A stretch of 64,000 nucleotides of DNA, taken from the NCBI GenBank assembly GCA_021413925.1, contig JAIOPL010000015.1, positions 41,409 to 105,408 of the forward strand, in the 5' to 3' direction. Positions within the stretch are counted from its first letter, which is position 1; every line of letters begins with the position of its first letter. Of this stretch, positions 8,764 through 18,722 are shown in pieces. The DNA is from Verrucomicrobiota bacterium (lineage in GTDB: Bacteria > Verrucomicrobiota > Verrucomicrobiia > Chthoniobacterales > UBA6821). The notes under the pieces are model-generated. The model was not told the DNA's origin and did not search any database. It saw only the letters and a program-made list of their open reading frames with translations. The translations under genes were made by a program, and so were the position numbers.

Positions 8764-11700
8764 AAATTATGAAGAATCCCGTCCTTCTCCTTGGATGTCT
8801 GTTTTTAATCCTTCCGATCGAGAGAGTTCTGTCGCAACAGCCGGATAATGCCGCGGTAACGCGGATAGAAAGCATGATAGCTAGCGGAAAGAATTCAGAG
8901 GCAGAGTCAGCCGCCTCTGAGTTAGAAAAGAAGGGTGCTACTGCGGGTTCCATCAAGGAGCAGGCAGATGCGGCCTACTGTCTTGGGTTGATCGCTTTCC
9001 TGTCAGGGAACAACGACCAAAAAGCCGATCAGGAGCTCAGAAAGGCAATGGCTTTTTATGAGAAATCTTCTACTGCAGATAATGTCGGTGGTTGGAAATG
9101 CCTCTATGTGATGGTGAAACTCTATTTCGACCACAGGAAACAGGACCCTAATGCGTGGACGGCGATCGCCAAAACTCTTTCCCAAGTTGAATCGCTTGCA
9201 AGAAAGCAGTTGTTGGGTGCCTCCCAAGGCGCCAATGGGCCGGCAATCTATTCTGCCATGCTGAGTAATCCAGAACTCATGGCCTTGGATAAGGTCATGC
9301 ATGAACGCCTTGATCAGATCAAGCAGCAGGGTAATGGAGGGGCTGAGCTGATAGACCAGCAGCAGGAGTGGGAAAAGGGTCGGGATCGTGATCTTGAACT
9401 GACCGGATTTGGCAGAAATATGAATTTGCCTAGATCAACCTACTTTAGCGAAGGAATGCAAAAAATCAGTCAGGCGAGGGACGAGACAACCACGCGACTG
9501 AAGACTTCACTCACCAATCGCATCAATGTTCTGTCAAAAATGATTGATGAGTCTCATCTACATTCCGATGCCACGGCAAGCAACACGATTGAAGGCCATG
9601 ATAGCGAGGGGTTCCGGTGGGCTTATGAGTTTCTGTCTGATCAAGGAAGGGGAAAGCCCTCGCTTCTCGACAGCACCACGGCGACCGTCGTCTTTCAGAG
9701 TCCAGAGTGGATCGTTGAAGCCTCCGAGGAGGCAGGGAATGTAGGAAATATGAAGACGGATTTGTGTTTCTATGATGCCAGAACATTGAACCTGATCGCC
9801 ACGGCACGAATTCCTAACAAAGTCATCAGTGTGGGAAGAGTAGGAAATGGGAGTTCTTTTTATGCCGTTACCATTACTCCCAGCAAATATCGCTATGATG
9901 ATGCACCACTTGCTCTGTGTCTGATTGATCCTAAAGCAAAACAGATAGATCGAGTCCGACTGGTTAAAGAAAACTACTGGTTGGCCCTCAATAACCCAAT
10001 TCATATCGAGGCCTCTGGAAATACCGTCAATGTACTGGTTAATCCAAATCCATCGAATAGTGAAGGTAAGGAGGGAGGTTACTCTGTCAGTACCATCTCC
10101 AATCCATACTTCAAAAATATCTCGATCTCTCTCCAACCGGGGGCAGCCGATTACTATCGCAGGAACCCCATCAAGGAGCTTTTCCCAAGGGGGTACTCCA
10201 AGGGCGAGGCTTTGATTCCTTCGGAGAAAGATTTCGATCAACAAGCCAGAAATGAGTCAGCATCGCTTCGGGCATTGGGAATTAAGCCTTCTGGAAATCT
10301 GGATCAGCGCGACGTAGGCGCTAAGGCCGGTGCGGCGCTGCTTTCGAATAATCCTTTGTCGGGAGTGCATATCGTCAGCGCTGACCAGAATGGGACGATT
10401 CAGGACATCAACCTCGATTCACTGACGGCGAAAAGCCTCAAGCTTTCCTCCTCTCGAATCGAGTCACCGGGAATCTTCAGCGACGGGTGTATTCATGGGG
10501 TCAATTCAGGAAATCTCGTTCTTGCGAAAGGAACCACTAACCTGACCATCCCCTTTACCAAAGCCATGGTTCTATTCAATGAATCTGCCGCTTATGCGAT
10601 TCCGCAGGTGCCAGAACAAGTATGGTGGATGAGGCGAGTCGTTTCTGATCCAGAACATTTATCGCTTACCAGCATTACTTCCGCAGGGAAGACAAATCAG
10701 GTGCAAGTTCCCGGCAATCATTCACGGAAAGACGGTGAGATTGCTATCTACCCTGAACAAAACATTTTCTACAGCTACAGAAATGAAGACGGAACAAATG
10801 TCTTCACAAAATACTCAATGAAAAATGGGTCTCAAATCGACGAGCCAATCAGGACGGAGACCGGGAAATCAGGAACAGTCTCTTGTATCCGCGAGGGAAT
10901 CTGTGCAACTGGCCATCGTCTCGTTTGCGTCGTTACGGATTTCTCCACTCAAGGGGCGGGATATTCGATTTTCGCTCGATGTGGTGCTTCAAAACCGCTC
11001 GTGGAGCTAGTTCGTGGCCTTTCCGAGCTAGCTGATCCTCTTGCAATGCGTCCGAAGGGTGATGGGACGATCCAACTTCTCTACTCGTGTGCCGGAGTCA
11101 CCAAGGTTGAAGAGCATGCCCCGGATGGAAAGCTGAAGGAGACGCTTGCCGAATGGCCTTCGCCTCCTCAGGAGGGAAAGCCTCTTCTGCTTAGCGAAAG
11201 GAACCTAGTCTTTATACCCAAGGCAGGAGGGTATGATGCCTATCGAATCTTTGGCGAAGGCAAACCGGAGAAGGCGTTCGAGATCTACTTCCGGGGTAGC
11301 AGTGACTATGTAATCCTTCTTCCCAACGGTTTCTATGCAGGATCTCCAGGATGTGAGCGTCTCATCACTCTGCAGGCTGGGGATGGGAAAGTTGATGCTT
11401 CCGCACTTGCCCCATGGCGAAACAGGCCCGCAGAAGTTATCAAAGCACTCGGAGGCGACCCAAAGAATGCGGACATCCTCGCAAAGGTTACAGAACGCTG
11501 GCTCAAGAGAGCGAAATTCGACCCCTCTCAGCCAGAGCCCAAGGCCTCAGAGATCCCGAAGGTGGACGTCAACCAGATGCCGCCCTTATGGGCACAGGGA
11601 GCGGGAATAACCTTCCCGATCGAGGTGACCGCTGGTGCATCGTCTCTGAAAGAAGTGACCGTCCGGGTGAATGGGATCCCTCAGCAGGCGATCAGCGGAT

Positions 11701-13490
11701 CGGCGCTGAAGATCCCTGTAGGGGGCAAGGGGACCGTTCAGGGTTCCGTGACTCTGGCCCAAGGGCAGAACTGGATCGAGGTGACGGCCACCGATGAGAA
11801 GGGCCGAGTCAGTAATCAAGCCCACTTCCGGAGCATCCTGTCCGAGGCAACGGAAAAGCCAAAACGCTATATCGTGGCGATGGGATGCTCGGTATATGAT
11901 CGACCTGAGCTAAAACTTGAATTTGCGGCTAAGGATGCCGGTGATGTGCTCAAGACCTTCAGTGAGGCTGGGGGAAGAGATTGCAAGACCCTTCTTCTGA
12001 CCAATAACGATGTCAGCCCTGAGGCGCTTGAGAAGATCAAGGCCTTCGTGGGGGAGAGCAAGGAGAGTGACGAGGTGATCCTATTCTGCGCCGGTCACGG
12101 CCTACTCGACGAACATCTCGACTACGTCTACGCGGGACACCAGATCGATCCGGAACATCCGGGTGACACAGGCATCCATCTCGACGCCCTCCTCGATGCC
12201 ATCAAGGCGGGCAAGTCCCTTAAGCGTCTCGTGCTCATGGACACCTGCCAGTCGGGAAGCGTGGGGGAAAAGGAGGAGATGAAGCTGGCATCGGCCTCTA
12301 CAGAACTTCCCCACGGAGTCCGTGCGGTGAAGTCTCGAGCGCTTAAGGTGGTCGGAGTCTCTCCGATGACGGGAGGTGACCAACAACGATTCATCGAGGA
12401 AATGTTCCTCCTGCCGGGCCAGCATCGCGGGATCAATATCATCGGTGCCTCCGGAGGGGCGGAATATGCCATGGAGTCCGACAAGTGGAACAACGGCGTC
12501 TTCACCTCCGCCCTTATCGAGGCCCTGAGGGATCAGAAGGCCGACATGGATCACCGGGGTCGTATCTCCGTGAGCGATCTGAAGACTTATCTGGGTCAGA
12601 GGGTATCGGAGCTTACCGGAGGTGCTCAGAAACCTAGCGTGGTGGCCTTCGAGCAGGATCAGGACTTCGATCTCCTGGGCGATATGCCTCCAATTCCCGA
12701 ATCTGTGAAAAATAGCTCGGGGGCTACTACCCCAACGGAGGCGACACCACCTGCAGCGCCATCACCCGTAGCCAGTGAATCAGGTTCAACGACTCCTCCC
12801 AATCTGGGTCCCCAGTTTGTGAACTCGCTGGGGCAGCGGTTCGTCCCGATTCCCGGTACGCCAACCTATTTCTGCATCTGGAGTACTCGGGTGAGTGATT
12901 ACGGGCAGTTTGTGAAAGAGACGGAAAGGGCTTGGAAACCGGCTGGGTTCCCGCAGAAGCCTGATCACCCTGCCGTGAGGATCAATTACAACGACGCCAC
13001 GGCATTCTGCGATTGGCTGACTAAGAGCGAGCACGTGACAGGAAAGCTCCCGAGCAACGTAGAGTATCGGCTCCCGAAGGATCTGGAATGGAGTGCCGCT
13101 GCCGGGATCACGGATAAAGAGATGGATGGTCCTCCAGCATGGCGAAGTGGAGGAATCCCAAACTGCTATGCGTGGGGATCATCATGGCCTCCACCGAAGG
13201 GATCGGGGAACTACGATCCGAAGATGAAAACGGATTCGTTCCCAAATACTTCGCCTGTGGGAAGCTTCGCGCCTAACAGGTTTGGTCTCTTCGATATGAA
13301 CGGAAACGCCTACCAATGGACTCTCGAGGATTACGACGAAAGCGGACAAGGGTCGCAGAGAGGAGGATCCTGGGCCGATGAAGAAGAAGAGAGTATCAGC
13401 CTCTCAAATCGCTTTACTACACCCAAAGACTCTCAGGGTAAGTGCTACGGATTCCGCTGCGTCATCGCTCCAATTACTCAGAATAAATGA
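8760..13490 (+). CDS. Exported giant caspase-like protein with C-terminal FGE-sulfatase (SUMF1/CLec-fold) domain
   Basis: ATGA overlap with the upstream gene. Signal peptide MKIMKNPVLLLGCLFLILPIERVLS. Caspase core KRYIVAMGCSVYDRPELKLEFAAKDA...ILFCAGHGLLD...LVLMDTCQSGS. C-terminus RINYNDATAFCDWLT...YRLPKDLEWSAAAG...NRFGLFDMNGNAYQWTLEDY...RGGSW...GFRCV is the FGE-sulfatase signature. Confidence 0.85.
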   Translation: MKIMKNPVLLLGCLFLILPIERVLSQQPDNAAVTRIESMIASGKNSEAESAASELEKKGATAGSIKEQADAAYCLGLIAFLSGNNDQKADQELRKAMAFYEKSSTADNVGGWKCLYVMVKLYFDHRKQDPNAWTAIAKTLSQVESLARKQLLGASQGANGPAIYSAMLSNPELMALDKVMHERLDQIKQQGNGGAELIDQQQEWEKGRDRDLELTGFGRNMNLPRSTYFSEGMQKISQARDETTTRLKTSLTNRINVLSKMIDESHLHSDATASNTIEGHDSEGFRWAYEFLSDQGRGKPSLLDSTTATVVFQSPEWIVEASEEAGNVGNMKTDLCFYDARTLNLIATARIPNKVISVGRVGNGSSFYAVTITPSKYRYDDAPLALCLIDPKAKQIDRVRLVKENYWLALNNPIHIEASGNTVNVLVNPNPSNSEGKEGGYSVSTISNPYFKNISISLQPGAADYYRRNPIKELFPRGYSKGEALIPSEKDFDQQARNESASLRALGIKPSGNLDQRDVGAKAGAALLSNNPLSGVHIVSADQNGTIQDINLDSLTAKSLKLSSSRIESPGIFSDGCIHGVNSGNLVLAKGTTNLTIPFTKAMVLFNESAAYAIPQVPEQVWWMRRVVSDPEHLSLTSITSAGKTNQVQVPGNHSRKDGEIAIYPEQNIFYSYRNEDGTNVFTKYSMKNGSQIDEPIRTETGKSGTVSCIREGICATGHRLVCVVTDFSTQGAGYSIFARCGASKPLVELVRGLSELADPLAMRPKGDGTIQLLYSCAGVTKVEEHAPDGKLKETLAEWPSPPQEGKPLLLSERNLVFIPKAGGYDAYRIFGEGKPEKAFEIYFRGSSDYVILLPNGFYAGSPGCERLITLQAGDGKVDASALAPWRNRPAEVIKALGGDPKNADILAKVTERWLKRAKFDPSQPEPKASEIPKVDVNQMPPLWAQGAGITFPIEVTAGASSLKEVTVRVNGIPQQAISGSALKIPVGGKGTVQGSVTLAQGQNWIEVTATDEKGRVSNQAHFRSILSEATEKPKRYIVAMGCSVYDRPELKLEFAAKDAGDVLKTFSEAGGRDCKTLLLTNNDVSPEALEKIKAFVGESKESDEVILFCAGHGLLDEHLDYVYAGHQIDPEHPGDTGIHLDALLDAIKAGKSLKRLVLMDTCQSGSVGEKEEMKLASASTELPHGVRAVKSRALKVVGVSPMTGGDQQRFIEEMFLLPGQHRGINIIGASGGAEYAMESDKWNNGVFTSALIEALRDQKADMDHRGRISVSDLKTYLGQRVSELTGGAQKPSVVAFEQDQDFDLLGDMPPIPESVKNSSGATTPTEATPPAAPSPVASESGSTTPPNLGPQFVNSLGQRFVPIPGTPTYFCIWSTRVSDYGQFVKETERAWKPAGFPQKPDHPAVRINYNDATAFCDWLTKSEHVTGKLPSNVEYRLPKDLEWSAAAGITDKEMDGPPAWRSGGIPNCYAWGSSWPPPKGSGNYDPKMKTDSFPNTSPVGSFAPNRFGLFDMNGNAYQWTLEDYDESGQGSQRGGSWADEEEESISLSNRFTTPKDSQGKCYGFRCVIAPITQNK

Positions 13491-13585
13491 AAAAGGGCGT
13501 CCAGGACCTCACCAAGGGCAAACAAAACCCCAACCTCCAAGGCGGGAACCTCGAAGAAGACTTCACGCTCAGCGCAACGAAATGA
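13490..13585 (+). pseudogene. Orphan 3'-end remnant of a caspase-module gene
   Basis: Reads KGVQDLTKGKQNPNLQGGNLEEDFTLSATK* in its own frame. Homologous to 8668..8763 (KRVQDLTKGKQNPNLRGVNLEEDFALSSTK*). It ends in the same acgaaATGAaaa stop/start junction. Confidence 0.75.
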
Positions 13586-16500
13586 AAAAGCGTCTAATAT
13601 CTTTAATTTTGGGGGTGACCCTTGTAGCCGGTATTGGGATTACTAAACTTGATCTCCAGGCAGCCGATGCACAACCTGCAAATAAAAATGAAGAAAAAAA
13701 CGGCGCGAACAAAAAAATAATATCAGTCGATGATGAACCTATTTGCTATAGGGCCGCATTTGGTGAGGTTAAGCCGCCAGTTGATGAGACTGAAGATAAC
13801 AGCAATAAAAATAAAAAACAAGGATACGAATTGATCCCAAGCTGTGATGTTATATCTGGGAAGTACAAAAAACCAGAGGGTGCAATTGTGGAAATAGGAC
13901 CAATCAATGCAAAAATAATTAGAAAAGGATCTAAAGAATATCAAAAGATAATGGATGGCACACTTGGTAAAACTGTTATTGGAAAAGAAGATATAAATGA
14001 TAATTCAATAGAAGTAGTACCACAACTTATTGATTCACATAAGATTATTAGTGGTTATACTGACAATAAAAACAAGATTGTTGTCACCGGGATCTATGGC
14101 AACAGTAAAGTGATAAGAATATGGAGCTTGGAAACAGGGAAGTTAATTAGAACCATATCCTTGATGGCAGGGATGGACTCACAAGCCGAAAACTATGATT
14201 TTATCAGGAAACAAAACATCGCTAGAGTTTATCCATATGGGGATGGAAAAAGTGCAGTTATTGTAAGATATCAGGAACGTGCAGGAGGGCTTTCAAATGC
14301 ATTAGAATGCACTGTGACTGATTTAAATACAGGAAATCCAACAGTGGAAGCTAGAGGTAGCAGCTTCAGATTTGATGATGATATATCTGATGTTCAAAAG
14401 AAGGCAGGATTTATGAATGTTGACTTTGATAAAAACACAAAGCTACTTGTCTCAGTAGGGGGAGATATGATTAAATATGATATTTTGAAAGATCGGAGTG
14501 AACTAGAAAAAAGACTAGGAAAGTTTTTAGGATCAGCATATCTCGATGAAGTAAAAATTGATCCTCAAAAAATTGGATTTGATGGAGGCATATCATTAGT
14601 TGCAGTAGATATTAAAGGATCTTTTAATGCGAGTGTTTTAGCCAGAAGCAGTCGTGAAAAGTATCTTGTTTTAAATGTGGACTTAAGGAATAAACAGGTT
14701 ATTAGCACGCAAAATATAAATACTTATATTTCCGAAAATAAAAATATCTCTAGCAATATATATTCATTTATTAACAAACATAACGCCTTGTTTTCAGATG
14801 GTGTTCAAACTTTAATAAAAGATGGAAATACCCCATTAATAATTTCAAATAAAAATAAAAAGTCTTTACTTAATATAGCTGGTGAGACTTCTGATTATAA
14901 TTGTATTGTTTCAAATAAGAACGAATCACTAGTAGTTCTATATAACGATAAGAAATCCGATATAATGATTATTGATCAGAAATCATTAATAGTGAAAAAA
15001 ATTAATCTTCCTGAGGGATACACCCACAAGTATGTTTTTTTTAATAAAAGTTGTACTCAATTTTATTTAGCGACGTTCGATTCAGTCTCTGGGGACACAT
15101 CATTTTACTCTTTCAACGATAAATATGAAATTTCAAAAACTGCTCAATACCAATTACAGTCCGGAAATGATTGCATTGAATTAGAAGCAAACGTGAGTAG
15201 TTCCGGACGCTTCTTTTCTTGTAGTTTAGATAATGGAAGAGAAGTATCCAGTTACATTGTTGATTCCAAATCTAATTCATTGTTATTACATAATAATGGG
15301 CCTGTATGTTTTATGAACAATAAAGACGTTGCAATCTGCGCTGAAAAAAATATCTTATCAGAATACGATTGCGCTAATAGTTCTCGTGAAATCTCTTTTA
15401 ACGTTATAAAAGATAAGGTATATAATGTTGCCTTTTTCCCCTTGGATGAATTTCATATTAAAAATGAGAAGTATAAGACATTAGATCTTCAAAAATCCAG
15501 AAATAGTGATTTCAATAATGTTGATTGGAGTCCTTTCAGAATCGATGCTTCTCCCAATGGTGCTGCGTGGTCCGTGTCTTATAAATATCACAAATATAAA
15601 CCTGATGACATCAACAATAGACCTTTTTTAATTCTTAATTATAAGAATAAATTCTATTTTGATGAATTATTTCAAGACAAACTAAATGTATTTATTTCTG
15701 ATGATGGATCAATATGTAGAGCTTCACATGATGTAATAACTCCAAATATGCATTGGCGTTGGGTTTCACCTTACAGAAATCAAGAAGAGAATCCGTTTAA
15801 ATATAATAACATAACTTGGCTTTCAGATATTAATAAGTATTACCATCTATCATCTCTCGGGATGATAACTAAAATTGATTTTAATCAACTCAAACCAAAA
15901 GTAGATTATTCCATATTCCCATCAAATAACGGCAATGTAGTTTTCGTCCTCAAGGATAAAAGCTATATGCTTTTAGGTAAAAATAACTCCACTGTCGCGT
16001 TTGCTGATAAACTAAAATCTTACCCCCTTGAGCAATTTGATTTGCGGCTGAACCGTCCAGATATTGTTCTAGATCGGTTAGGTGCTCCCAAAGAGGCAGT
16101 CGAAGCTGCCAAATCGCTCCGTGAAAAGCGCCTAAAGCGCATGGGGGTAACAGAGGAAATGCTCAAGCCAGACTTCCATCTCCCTGAGCTTCAGATCGTG
16201 GGGGATGTTCCGGCAACCACTTCCAAGGATCTGCTCGATCTCCAAATCAAGGCCACCGATGACAAATACCCCCTCGATCGCCTTCGGGTCTACGTGAACA
16301 ACGTCCCGGTCAATGGCCGTGACGGGGAACTCCTCCGCGACCAGAAGACTCAGAGCTTCGAGAAGACCATCCCCATCAAGCTCGCTGCTGGCCGGAACAA
16401 GATACAACTCTCTGTCCTCAACAGCGCCGGTGCGGAATCTCTCTATGCCAATGCCGAGGTGAACTGCACGGCTGAACGACCCAAGCCGATGCTCTACGCC

Positions 16501-18024
16501 GTAGCCCTGGGAGTCTCCCAGTATGACCGCCCCGAGTGGTGCCTGAAATACGCTGCCAAGGATGCCACCGACCTGATTGGCAAGCTCAAGGCCAAGTCCG
16601 GATCCAGCTACAGCGAGGTGAAGCCCCTGCTCCTGACTGATAAAGAGGTCACCAAGGAAAGCGCCGCCAAGATCAAGGAGTTCCTCTCCGGGGCTACCAT
16701 CGACGATACGGTCCTCATCTTCATGGCCGGCCACGGACTGCTGGATGACAAGTACGACTACTACTTCGGCACGACCGACATCGATCCCGCCAAGCCATCT
16801 GAGAGAGGTATGCCCTACGAGGCGATCGACACCATCCTTGCCGAAGTACCCTCCCTCAAAAAGGCCCTCCTCATGGATACCTGCCATGCTGGAGAACTCG
16901 ACGAAGACGAGAAGAAGGATCTCGCCGCATCAGATGGATCGGCAACACCCGCCGCGATCCCTGCTGCAGACACCAACTCATCTCCAATGGCTGGCAAGGT
17001 CGCCATGCGAGCCATCGGCACCCGAGGGATGAGTGTAAAGGCGCTCCAAGGAGCTAAGGGGAAGAGCGACTGGTACGAGAAGCTCCAGGACATGTTTGTC
17101 GATCTGCGTAGAGGCAGCGGAGCCACGGTGATCTCCTCATCCCAGGGAGCTGAATACGCCTTCGAGAGTAGCGAGCAGTCCAACGGCCTCTTCACCTACT
17201 CGCTCATGGAGGCCCTCGACGGGAAAGCCACCCCGAACAAGGATGGCCAGATCACCATCAGCAGCATCGGCGACTACGTCAAAAAACGCGTCCAAGACCT
17301 CACCAAAGGCAAACAGAACCCCAACCTCCGTGGTGTGAACCTAGAAGAAGACTTCAGTTTGGGCAAAGCCGAGAACTTTTTGCCATCTTCATCCACTTCC
17401 TCATTATCTGATGAGACTTCAAAGCTGTCCGAAGAGATGCTGCCAGACCCTTCGGCTCTTCCCAAAGCGGGTTCCTTAGAAACTGATAGCTCGTTTTCTC
17501 AGTCTGCTACAGGTCACAATAAGGTCCTAGAATTCGACGAGGCTCTGAGCCGTGCCGATGCAGGTGATGCCTACGCACAGGGGGTCCTCTCGATTTACTA
17601 TGGTCTTGGATACAAGACCGAGAAGGAACTTGCCAAGGCCGTCGAGTATGCCTCGAAGTCTGCGGGCCAGAATAATCCGCTAGGTCAGTATCAGCTTGGC
17701 GTCCTGACCGCAGGAGGGGAGGGGGTTGAGAAAGATCCGGAGAAAGGCAAGTCGCTCAAGGTAGAATCCATCGAGGGACTGAACACAATGCCCGATGACC
17801 CCTACGCCCTGGCGTCGCTGGGAGCGATGGCGCTTCGAGGAGAGGGAGTGGCTAAAGACATTAAGATGGCCGCCAAGCTCTACAGAAGTTCAGCAGATCT
17901 CGGATATGCACCCGCCCAGATCCTCTATTCGATGATGCTTGCGAGGGGGGTGGGAGTCCCCCCAGATGCTTCTGCCTCACGGAAATACGCCTCCATGGCC
18001 GAGGCGCAGAACTATCAACCATAG
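13582..18024 (+). CDS. Exported WD40-like / caspase-like protein with C-terminal Sel1 repeats
   Basis: True start is the ATG at 13582 (MKKRLISLILGVTLVAGIGI signal peptide). The track start at 13378 reads through the remnant and is rejected. The N-terminal ~810 aa are extremely AT-rich and N/K/I-rich, with WD40-like VIRIWSLETGKLIRT. The constant module starts at 16021. The C-terminal AGDAYAQGVLSIYYGLGY...PLGQYQLGVL...ALASLGAMALRGEGVAKD...YAPAQILYSMMLARGVGV are Sel1-like repeats. Confidence 0.85.
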   Translation: MKKRLISLILGVTLVAGIGITKLDLQAADAQPANKNEEKNGANKKIISVDDEPICYRAAFGEVKPPVDETEDNSNKNKKQGYELIPSCDVISGKYKKPEGAIVEIGPINAKIIRKGSKEYQKIMDGTLGKTVIGKEDINDNSIEVVPQLIDSHKIISGYTDNKNKIVVTGIYGNSKVIRIWSLETGKLIRTISLMAGMDSQAENYDFIRKQNIARVYPYGDGKSAVIVRYQERAGGLSNALECTVTDLNTGNPTVEARGSSFRFDDDISDVQKKAGFMNVDFDKNTKLLVSVGGDMIKYDILKDRSELEKRLGKFLGSAYLDEVKIDPQKIGFDGGISLVAVDIKGSFNASVLARSSREKYLVLNVDLRNKQVISTQNINTYISENKNISSNIYSFINKHNALFSDGVQTLIKDGNTPLIISNKNKKSLLNIAGETSDYNCIVSNKNESLVVLYNDKKSDIMIIDQKSLIVKKINLPEGYTHKYVFFNKSCTQFYLATFDSVSGDTSFYSFNDKYEISKTAQYQLQSGNDCIELEANVSSSGRFFSCSLDNGREVSSYIVDSKSNSLLLHNNGPVCFMNNKDVAICAEKNILSEYDCANSSREISFNVIKDKVYNVAFFPLDEFHIKNEKYKTLDLQKSRNSDFNNVDWSPFRIDASPNGAAWSVSYKYHKYKPDDINNRPFLILNYKNKFYFDELFQDKLNVFISDDGSICRASHDVITPNMHWRWVSPYRNQEENPFKYNNITWLSDINKYYHLSSLGMITKIDFNQLKPKVDYSIFPSNNGNVVFVLKDKSYMLLGKNNSTVAFADKLKSYPLEQFDLRLNRPDIVLDRLGAPKEAVEAAKSLREKRLKRMGVTEEMLKPDFHLPELQIVGDVPATTSKDLLDLQIKATDDKYPLDRLRVYVNNVPVNGRDGELLRDQKTQSFEKTIPIKLAAGRNKIQLSVLNSAGAESLYANAEVNCTAERPKPMLYAVALGVSQYDRPEWCLKYAAKDATDLIGKLKAKSGSSYSEVKPLLLTDKEVTKESAAKIKEFLSGATIDDTVLIFMAGHGLLDDKYDYYFGTTDIDPAKPSERGMPYEAIDTILAEVPSLKKALLMDTCHAGELDEDEKKDLAASDGSATPAAIPAADTNSSPMAGKVAMRAIGTRGMSVKALQGAKGKSDWYEKLQDMFVDLRRGSGATVISSSQGAEYAFESSEQSNGLFTYSLMEALDGKATPNKDGQITISSIGDYVKKRVQDLTKGKQNPNLRGVNLEEDFSLGKAENFLPSSSTSSLSDETSKLSEEMLPDPSALPKAGSLETDSSFSQSATGHNKVLEFDEALSRADAGDAYAQGVLSIYYGLGYKTEKELAKAVEYASKSAGQNNPLGQYQLGVLTAGGEGVEKDPEKGKSLKVESIEGLNTMPDDPYALASLGAMALRGEGVAKDIKMAAKLYRSSADLGYAPAQILYSMMLARGVGVPPDASASRKYASMAEAQNYQP
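16021..17355 (+). repeat. Constant caspase effector module, copy 2 (of 3)
   Basis: I counted 15 amino-acid substitutions by eye over the 274 residues aligned to copy 1 upstream of its stop. The catalytic motifs FMAGHGLLD and LLMDTCHAGE are intact. Confidence 0.9.
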
Positions 18025-18063
18025 TCAGACAGAAAAAACTCTAACCCCATACCCCTAAAACCC

Positions 18064-18702
18064 ATGAAAACGACGATCACCAAATCCCTACTACTCGCCG
18101 CCCTTATGGGAGGCTTGAATACTCATACCCTCCGCGCCGATGAGACCGCCGATCTGATGCAGACAATCCTGCAGGCCTCCCCAACAGAGAGGGCCAAGGC
18201 ACAAAAGATGGTATCTTCCTCGCCACGTAAATCTTCAGGATCCAAGAAGGCTACGGTTTCTAATTCTTCAATGGTGCCAAACCTAGGTATTCCCGAGAGC
18301 CAGCTCTTAGAGGTGAACTCAAAGTTCCCCAAGGACTTTGTAGGGAAATACGTTTATGGCCCTGTCAGTTTTAAATTAATTAGACAGGAGGGAAATGATG
18401 TCTGCATAGGGTTTACTGCCAAAGGATACCGTATGTTCGATCTCTACACTCGGGATCCTCAAGTCATTCAAGCCTTCAGTAGGTGTGGTTGGGGCGCCAA
18501 GTTTACAATTCCGAAAGATTGCCCTCTACGTGTTTTAACGAAAAATCTTATGACTTATGTGGTGAGATTACCATTTGATCAAGACACTACCACTCATTCA
18601 CTAGGAGAAATCTTTCAACAGGATGGCAGGGATATGCAGAATATTCTTCAAGATACTGCGAATCGCGTTCGTAGTGACATGAATGGAATCCCCAATCAGT
18701 AA
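18064..18702 (+). CDS. Exported hypothetical protein
   Basis: Signal peptide MKTTITKSLLLAALMGGLNTHTLRA. No family recognised. Confidence 0.55.
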   Translation: MKTTITKSLLLAALMGGLNTHTLRADETADLMQTILQASPTERAKAQKMVSSSPRKSSGSKKATVSNSSMVPNLGIPESQLLEVNSKFPKDFVGKYVYGPVSFKLIRQEGNDVCIGFTAKGYRMFDLYTRDPQVIQAFSRCGWGAKFTIPKDCPLRVLTKNLMTYVVRLPFDQDTTTHSLGEIFQQDGRDMQNILQDTANRVRSDMNGIPNQ

Positions 18703-18722
18703 AAAGCAGGCAATTCTCATCA

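Noticed and set aside
12780-13490. Diversity-generating retroelement target (FGE-sulfatase/CLec fold at the extreme C-terminus)
   Set aside because: No reverse transcriptase ORF was seen anywhere in the window. I also saw no second copy (template repeat) of the last ~130 nt. The 96-nt repeat just downstream belongs to the caspase gene end, not to this domain.
13378-13581. Upstream extension of the 1548-aa track ORF (start at 13378)
   Set aside because: The first 68 codons read through the tail of the FGE-domain gene and the orphan caspase 3' remnant in a different frame, giving a basic, non-signal sequence. The ATG at 13582 gives a clean signal peptide and reproduces the acgaaATGAaaa junction seen at 8760.
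16745-17032. Conserved alternate-frame ORFs (MTSTTTTSARPTS...; also 23211..23498, 16815..17195, 23281..23661, 8229..8513)
   Set aside because: Their conservation is a by-product of the near-identical caspase modules they overlap. They are Pro/Ser/Arg-rich with no start context.
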